Assembly: GCA_907165135.1 (NCBI GenBank)
Contig: OU015567.1
Span: 8,308,001 to 8,372,000, forward strand
Reading direction: 5' to 3'
Length of the DNA stretch: 64,000 nucleotides
Source: Oikopleura dioica
Lineage: Eukaryota > Animalia > Chordata
In this document: positions 58,274-64,000 of the stretch, piece after piece
How the letters are laid out: each line of letters opens with the position of its first letter
Position numbering within the stretch: position 1 is the stretch's first letter
Position numbers and translations under genes: made by a program
Notes under the pieces: model-generated
Told to the model about the DNA's origin: nothing
The model's input: the letters and a program-made list of their open reading frames with translations, nothing else
Databases searched by the model: none

Positions 58274-58471
58274 TTATTTGGAGACAGATCTAACATAATG
58301 AGCAACTCTTCCGAAACTCGGGTCTTCAAGAGACTCCATACTCATTTTTCGCAAATAAGTGTAGACCAGATTTTTCAATCTTTTTTCATAAGCCTCTTTT
58401 TCCATTGTTGAACTACCGGTATTTTCACCAGCAATCGCCGAGAAGAAAAGAAAAATCAACGTAAATCTCAT
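58274..58471 (-). CDS. Small secreted protein, paralog A (first exon; 3' exons unresolved)
   Basis: MRFTLIFLFFSAIAGENTGSSTMEKEAYEKRLKNLVYTYLRKMSMESLEDPSFGRVAHYV: signal peptide followed by an amphipathic helix. Confidence 0.6.
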   Translation of the reverse strand: MRFTLIFLFFSAIAGENTGSSTMEKEAYEKRLKNLVYTYLRKMSMESLEDPSFGRVAHYVRSVSK

Positions 58472-59681
58472 TTTTTCAGAGTAAAACTCAACTTTTTTCG
58501 CTGGACTTTGACTTTTATATCGACTATTTATTTTATTATTCATTTGAGCAAGATTGCGTGCCAACTGTCATTTTTGAGTCAAAACTGCATAAATCGTCAC
58601 ATTTGCCATTTTCAATTCCATCAAATATTAAAAAATTCGATTGGACAGTTCAAAAATCTGTTAATTTCGCTGAAAAAAGGAAGATGAAACAAGGTTCTCG
58701 GTTAGACAGTTACAGTAACACTTTAAATTCTACCGCGTTATCTTGATAGAGTTCCACGCTCGTGCGGAATATCTTCTTTCGACCGTGAATATTCTGATTT
58801 TTTCGGATGCATATCAGTAGGTAATGATGGCGGTTTTACGAACGGTTTATGAAATTGAAAATTTGTTGAGCCATGAATTTTAGAAACAAGGTGCATCCCG
58901 TGTCTCCACGGCAAAGGCAAGGGCAGACAGGAAGGATGACAGCTTGTTTTGGAAGGATTAGGGGAAGATCTATATGGGTTCAGCTCGTTTTTTGATAAGA
59001 TAAGGGAAATACTAAGTTGGTTCTTTGAACAAGCTTCAGGTAGATTCTAGCTGTTAGAAATTAGCTAAGCAACCTGTAGAAAAAACCTGAGTCAGGTTTT
59101 GAAGAATCTTAACGTCAAAAATGAAACAGGCGTCTTCCCCTGAAATGATTCTCTGTTGAGAATATGCTGTAGTTCCATCAGCATATTTTATCGACGCCTG
59201 GGCTTGTCCGTTTTCTGAAATTACGCAAATTCAAAATTTTGTGATTGTCTGCGTTTGCAGGCGGAACTTATTTTTTGGGCTTGATTTTTGCATAGTCGGA
59301 CACCTCCAAGAAGATGGGTGACGCCACAGATTCAAAATGTCGCCTTGTGCCTGTCAGCAATGTGTCAGCATGTCACACCAAAACGGCAGCGACAATCATG
59401 TTTCAGACAAAATCCGCCCAATTCCGCCGCAATTTCACACAATCGCCGACATCGCTTGACGTGAACATATTATGCCCCGAATATCATTAACAACGGAAAC
59501 TCCCGCTTTAACCCATAATAAACAGACACGTCAAAGTCTGGCGCCGATTTTCAAAACAACCTCCGATGAAGCTCATTACGAGGAGCGCTCATGTTATCTT
59601 CCCGAAAATCAGAAGAGCATTTCTTTTTTTCTTAACCTAAACAAAAAACGACGAGATCAGTAGTACTACTGTATTCTTTCG

Positions 59682-59858
59682 CTAAAAGTAATTGGCTAGT
59701 TTTCCAAAGTCTTTTTCGTTGAGTAGGTTCTCCGTCTTCATCTTGGTTATGTACCTCAGCATCAGGGTTTTCAGCTTTTGCTCATACGCCTGTTTTACTT
59801 CTGCAGTTATGTTGCCGAGAACGGCAAGAAAAAGGAGCGAAAAACAGACAAATCTCAT
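59682..59858 (-). CDS. Small secreted protein, paralog B (first exon; 3' exons unresolved)
   Basis: MRFVCFSLLFLAVLGNITAEVKQAYEQKLKTLMLRYITKMKTENLLNEKDFGKLANYF aligns with paralog A. Both share the start context AAAAAATGAGATTT. Confidence 0.6.
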   Translation of the reverse strand: MRFVCFSLLFLAVLGNITAEVKQAYEQKLKTLMLRYITKMKTENLLNEKDFGKLANYF

Positions 59859-60296
59859 TTTTTTTTCTTTTGTGAAAGCAAATTGGCGACTAAAAGACAG
59901 CCGTTTTATGCCACGCAAAAAATCATTAATGTAGAAATGATAATTTAGTGCACTTAAAATCGAGAAAATGCGATTGACGCTAAGACGATTCAAATTATTG
60001 CACCTTATGTCTATTTATACGGTAAGTAGGACCGGGTATCGATATTTTAGAAGGTTTTTGTCATCTTTTGGTAGGGGGAGATACTCTGCGAGATACCAGA
60101 AGAGTATCAGGTAATCCATGTTTTCGCATTGTTAACATGCATGCAGCCCTTGAAACAAGGCAAGGGTTTTTGCGCGTGCGCCAATCGCTAAATCGTTTGT
60201 TGCCCAAAATCGAGAATAATCGCATTTCAATAAGCTTTGCTGTAAACATCATATTCAAGGTCATTTTCAACCCGAAACTATCAAGGGTAAAACTAG

Positions 60297-60600
60297 CTCA
60301 ACTTTACGGATAGAGTATCAGAAATCTCTAAAGATCGGATAATACAGGAACTGGAACGAGCAAGACGAGGACGAGGGCACGATTCTGTCACGAGGCACTC
60401 AGAAATTGAGGTAAATGAAAGGCATTCTTGAGAAACGCCTCTGTTATAAATTTTCTTTTCAGGATGCAAAGTCAGCAATCCGCGCTTACCGAGGTGGCAA
60501 GCCAAAATACCAAGAAAGCTTCGTCAATTGGTGCAAAAACAACCTCCGGATTGACGAGGAAATAGTCTCAGGAATGGTTCGCGAAATATACTGTCATTGA
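60297..60600 (+). CDS. Hypothetical gene (last two exons)
   Basis: LNFTDRVSEISKDRIIQELERARRGRGHDSVTRHSEIE, then a GT-AG intron, then DAKSAIRAYRGGKPKYQESFVNWCKNNLRIDEEIVSGMVREIYCH*. Confidence 0.45.
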
Positions 60601-61774
60601 AAAGACTTTAAGTAAAACCGAAATCGGGAACAGCGGATGTTTCGATGAGGAGAAGCGGTGCTTACTCCGTCATCGGTTTCGATGAGCCACAGTCTTAAAA
60701 TTGAATTTTAATTGCACCGGAATCGCATACTTCCTTGTTCTGAAGACTCTTGGCATAATGCTTAGCTTTAGAAGGAGTAGTACAGTAAGTGACCTTCTTC
60801 TTCAAAGCTCCATCAAGAAAAAAAAACGCAAAACTGAAAATTAGGTTACACGGCTTCGGCTTTGGATACCGTCAAAGTTTCGGGCGGAAGTGGCTGACTT
60901 GATTACGTCACCTCTAAATGGGATATTTTGGATAATCGCGAACCATAAATGTCAGAGCTCTGGAAATGGTATCACGAGACTGAGCTGATTGAGGACGAAG
61001 ATGATGATATTTCTTACGAGGACAGGTTCATTTATAAAAAAAAAATTTAACTCGTCGAGGAATTCTGGAGCATTTTCGGCATCAAATTTTTTATAAAAAA
61101 AAACTTACAGTCAAAAAGTTTAGATAAATCAGAGCAGTTCTATGCCCGAGAAATACCACCAAAAGTCTGGCATTTAAATTTTCATAAGATTTCGGCGGCG
61201 GCGAGAATTTGATTAATTTTCTTTTGTAAATTCCCTGGAATCTTTCGCCGCGCAGTGTGGATTGAGCTTAACTCGATTCCAAATTGGATTTTGGGAGCAG
61301 AGTCAGATTTTCTTTCGCCGGAAAGATAACAACATAAATGGACCTGGATGTTATGTCATGTCATTTTATTGGAAAGGAAACGTGTAGGGGTTAATTTTGA
61401 GGATTATCCTGTTTCGGATATTTCCTATGGGTCTGAACTTAGCCACAGATAAAAGTTTTTTCCTTGAAAAATAAAATAAAAGAATTTTAAAGGATATTTT
61501 TTTCTGAAAATTAGTGCGGTTAAAGACTAACTAACGTGTTTCTTGGAGGACAAAACACTTAGATGAGCATGTGTTCTGACCATAATCCAGTTGAGGTCGC
61601 GCCCTAGTTCTCAAAGAACCGATTTGATACGCGGGTCGTCCTCCTAACCCTTTTTACGGGGAGAAAAATTCAAGGGAACAGATTTCGGCTACAAGATCAA
61701 GACATTTTTCTGTTTAAAAATCTTGGTCGAAAATCATATAAAGGAACACTGTTAAAATCGTTAAAAATGAGACC

Positions 61775-62191
61775 GATGACCAGGTTCGTGAGGACTAGGT
61801 TCGTGTGACTAGGTTCGTGGGTGCCATGTCGGAAAAAATGGTTCGTGTGACTAGGTTCTTGGAATTTGAATTTTTATATGTATTTTTGTATCTTCACCAT
61901 TTTGGGGCAGTAAGGGAAATGGCTTGATTACTCACTTGGCAAATATAGTCCCACATTTTTTCATTTTTTAACTTTCACGAACCTAGTCACACGAACCTAG
62001 TCATCAACCCGTTTCCTTTACTGCCCCAAATTTTTTTCTATTTAAAATTTCACGAACCTAGTCACACGAACCTAGTTATCAACCCATTTCCCTTACTGCC
62101 CCAAAATATAGGCCGATTTCAATACTCTGGCAGAACCCACCACGAACCTAGTCACACGAACCTAGTCCTCACGAACCTAGTCGTCATTCCC
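61775..62191. mobile_element. MITE with 13-bp subterminal tandem repeats (GACTAGGTTCGTG)
   Basis: Left atgaccaggttcgtgaggactaggttcgtgtgactaggttcgtgg mirrors right ccacgaacctagtcacacgaacctagtcctcacgaacctagtcgtcat. The right end is ccc|TTAA. Internal duplication of about 74 bp. Confidence 0.75.
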
Positions 62192-62402
62192 TTAAAAATT
62201 GAGAATCCGCAGGTTCAAGATTTGAAAATTTTGAAAAATGAATATGGTTAGTAAAGATGCGGTCGGACTGCCCCAGGAACACGTCAAATAACTGTCTTGT
62301 CAGGGTCGGACTTCTTTGCTCCGCGGTCGTCGGGTGCACCTGACGCTGCCCAGTTCTACGTTTCATCCATTTTTAAGTCTGTAAAATTGAACCTGTAAAA
62401 AG

Positions 62403-62600
62403 CAAGGTCAAAACAACAACAGCAACCAGTACCGCTCAATCGACGAAGTCAAAATGGCGCTGATTGCAAAGGCTCATTCCGGCGTTCCAAGAACTAAAGC
62501 GAGCTTCGCCAACTATCTCAAATGCTCGATGCCGAAAAAAGTCAGCAAGGAATGGAATCACCAACTCTGGAACTGGGCGAAAAAACGATTTGAACTATAA
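62403..62600 (+). CDS. Hypothetical terminal exon, weakly similar to the 60297-60600 gene
   Basis: QGQNNNSNQYRSIDEVKMALIAKAHSGVPRTKASFANYLKCSMPKKVSKEWNHQLWNWAKKRFEL*. Confidence 0.4.
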   Translation, partial: QGQNNNSNQYRSIDEVKMALIAKAHSGVPRTKASFANYLKCSMPKKVSKEWNHQLWNWAKKRFEL

Positions 62601-63559
62601 CAATTTCAAAAGTTCGCAAAAAATAAAGATTTGAAATCTGACTGTATCAAATGTGACTGTATCATGATTTTTTTAATATATTTCTGAAATAAATTCATTT
62701 TTTTATGAAAAAATTTTTTATTAAATTTTTTATTAAATAAAATGATCTCTAAACTGATTGAACCATAAAGATGGAGCGAAAAGATGAGTGCTTTTCTAGG
62801 GTAGATCTTTTGACGATAAGACTTAAATGGACTGTGAAATCATCTGTCCTTGACTATAAAACGACCTTTGCCGATTCAAATTCACGGCATTGAGATTTAA
62901 AATGAAGACTTTTGGCGCGTTAATGTATATTAGAGTGTAGTCTACCCCCAATAGTATTCCTTAATACTTTTTCTTTCAAATGGATCCTTATGTATTTCTG
63001 TTCTTATCTGAAACATAATGTTAATAAACTCGAATAGACGAACTTGTTGTATTACTACAAGAGAGATTGCCGTAACTGTCAACCTTTCATGAAGCTCTCA
63101 ATTATTTCATCTACTTGTTTGAGCAGCTCATAAACTCGATTTATCAGCACGGACATAACTGTCCTGACACATTTCAAATTGCTCAATATTCGGTTATTCG
63201 AAATGATAGTCCACGTGACTCAAGCTAAACCAACAGAAATCAAACCGCTGGTTTTTCAGTTTTGATGATTTTTTTAGTTTATCAGGGCGTTGAAGTTGAG
63301 TGTTCTTTTTTAGAGCTCACGCGGATATTGTGATTATGGAAGTTTTATGGGCGCGCCCGAGTGAAATTTCGCCTTTCTACCGTTTATTATCTGTTGACAT
63401 GTTTGGCGATTTGAGTCGATAAATTCCACAGAATTTCATTAGCAGGAACTTTTTTCATAAAGCTCCCTTATCTCGAGCACGCTTCACGTGAACTCTGTTT
63501 CGGCGAAAATAACACGATTATTTATAAGAAAAATTAATTGAAAAATATTCGAGACTTTT

Positions 63560-63925
63560 TCAAATTTCAGGATATTTTCGGCGATAAGCATCGATCAATT
63601 TTCTAGCGTAGAATTCCGGGCTTTCTTCTTGAGGCGATTCGAAAGGTGGTAAGACAGATTGATGCTTCAAAGTTTGATTTTTCGGAGTAAGGTGCTGTTT
63701 GATAATTATTTTTTGAATCAGGTCGTTTATTTCTGCCTGTGACCGGAGCTCAGCTTGAAGGTGTGTTTCAAGTTTTTGAACCTTCAATGTTAGACTTTCT
63801 ATCAGACTGTTTTGCTCGAAAATGAGCTGTTTATTTGACTTTATCATTGCCAAGAGCTCTTGGTTGATGTCTTTTCTTTCAGCTGTTGGCGGCGGAGTTG
63901 GAAAGTCCACCATTGTTGCATTCAC
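63560..63925 (-). CDS. Small coiled-coil hypothetical protein
   Basis: ORF with heptad-rich INQELLAMIKSNKQLIFEQNSLIESLTLKVQKLETHLQAELRSQAEINDLIQKII. Confidence 0.5.
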   Translation of the reverse strand: MNATMVDFPTPPPTAERKDINQELLAMIKSNKQLIFEQNSLIESLTLKVQKLETHLQAELRSQAEINDLIQKIIIKQHLTPKNQTLKHQSVLPPFESPQEESPEFYARKLIDAYRRKYPEI

Positions 63926-64000
63926 TGGTTTTGGTAAGTCAAAAATGCCTTCGTCTAGGGCTACTTGTTCAAACGGAAGAGGCTTAAATTTTTAAGGAAC

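Noticed and set aside
61775-62191. Short regularly spaced GACTAGGTTCGTG repeats resembling a CRISPR array
   Set aside because: Units are 13 bp, directly adjacent with no unique spacers, and inverted at the two ends. This is a MITE subterminal array in a eukaryotic genome with no cas genes.
1-64000. rRNA, tRNA or snRNA genes
   Set aside because: None recognised by eye. A tRNAscan-SE/Infernal run would be needed to exclude small ncRNAs.

Overview
Compact eukaryotic genomic DNA, not prokaryotic. Genes are split by many short (about 30-60 nt) introns, and several homology-anchored junctions require GA-AG introns. Same-strand genes are tightly packed, several with TTTCAG acceptors just before the first ATG. 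I infer an appendicularian tunicate such as Oikopleura, but this is not verified. Recognisable genes: a DRAM/TMEM150-family protein, Capicua (CIC-L type), GFAT, a carbohydrate sulfotransferase, a secreted Cys-rich beta-propeller protein, CFAP65 and a DEDDh RNA exonuclease. About a dozen small hypothetical genes are also present. Non-autonomous DNA transposons are dense: Tc1/mariner-, hAT-, piggyBac-, Kolobok- and Foldback/MULE-like, several with clear TIRs and TSDs, some nested. Best second-look items: (1) a Tc1-like MITE inside a sulfotransferase coding exon that may be spliced out as a nascent intron; (2) an orphan LIR-plus-transmembrane protein with autophagy-receptor architecture; (3) two 950-bp palindromic hAT elements whose copy-specific differences are mirrored in both arms; (4) a CIC lacking any visible C1 domain; (5) a 27-nt GFAT micro-exon that could yield an isoform without the catalytic Cys; (6) a degenerate KH protein with a Cys-cluster N-terminus; (7) an exonuclease missing its ExoIII motif. 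All exon structures were assembled by eye without transcript data, and family assignments come from recalled motifs, not database searches.
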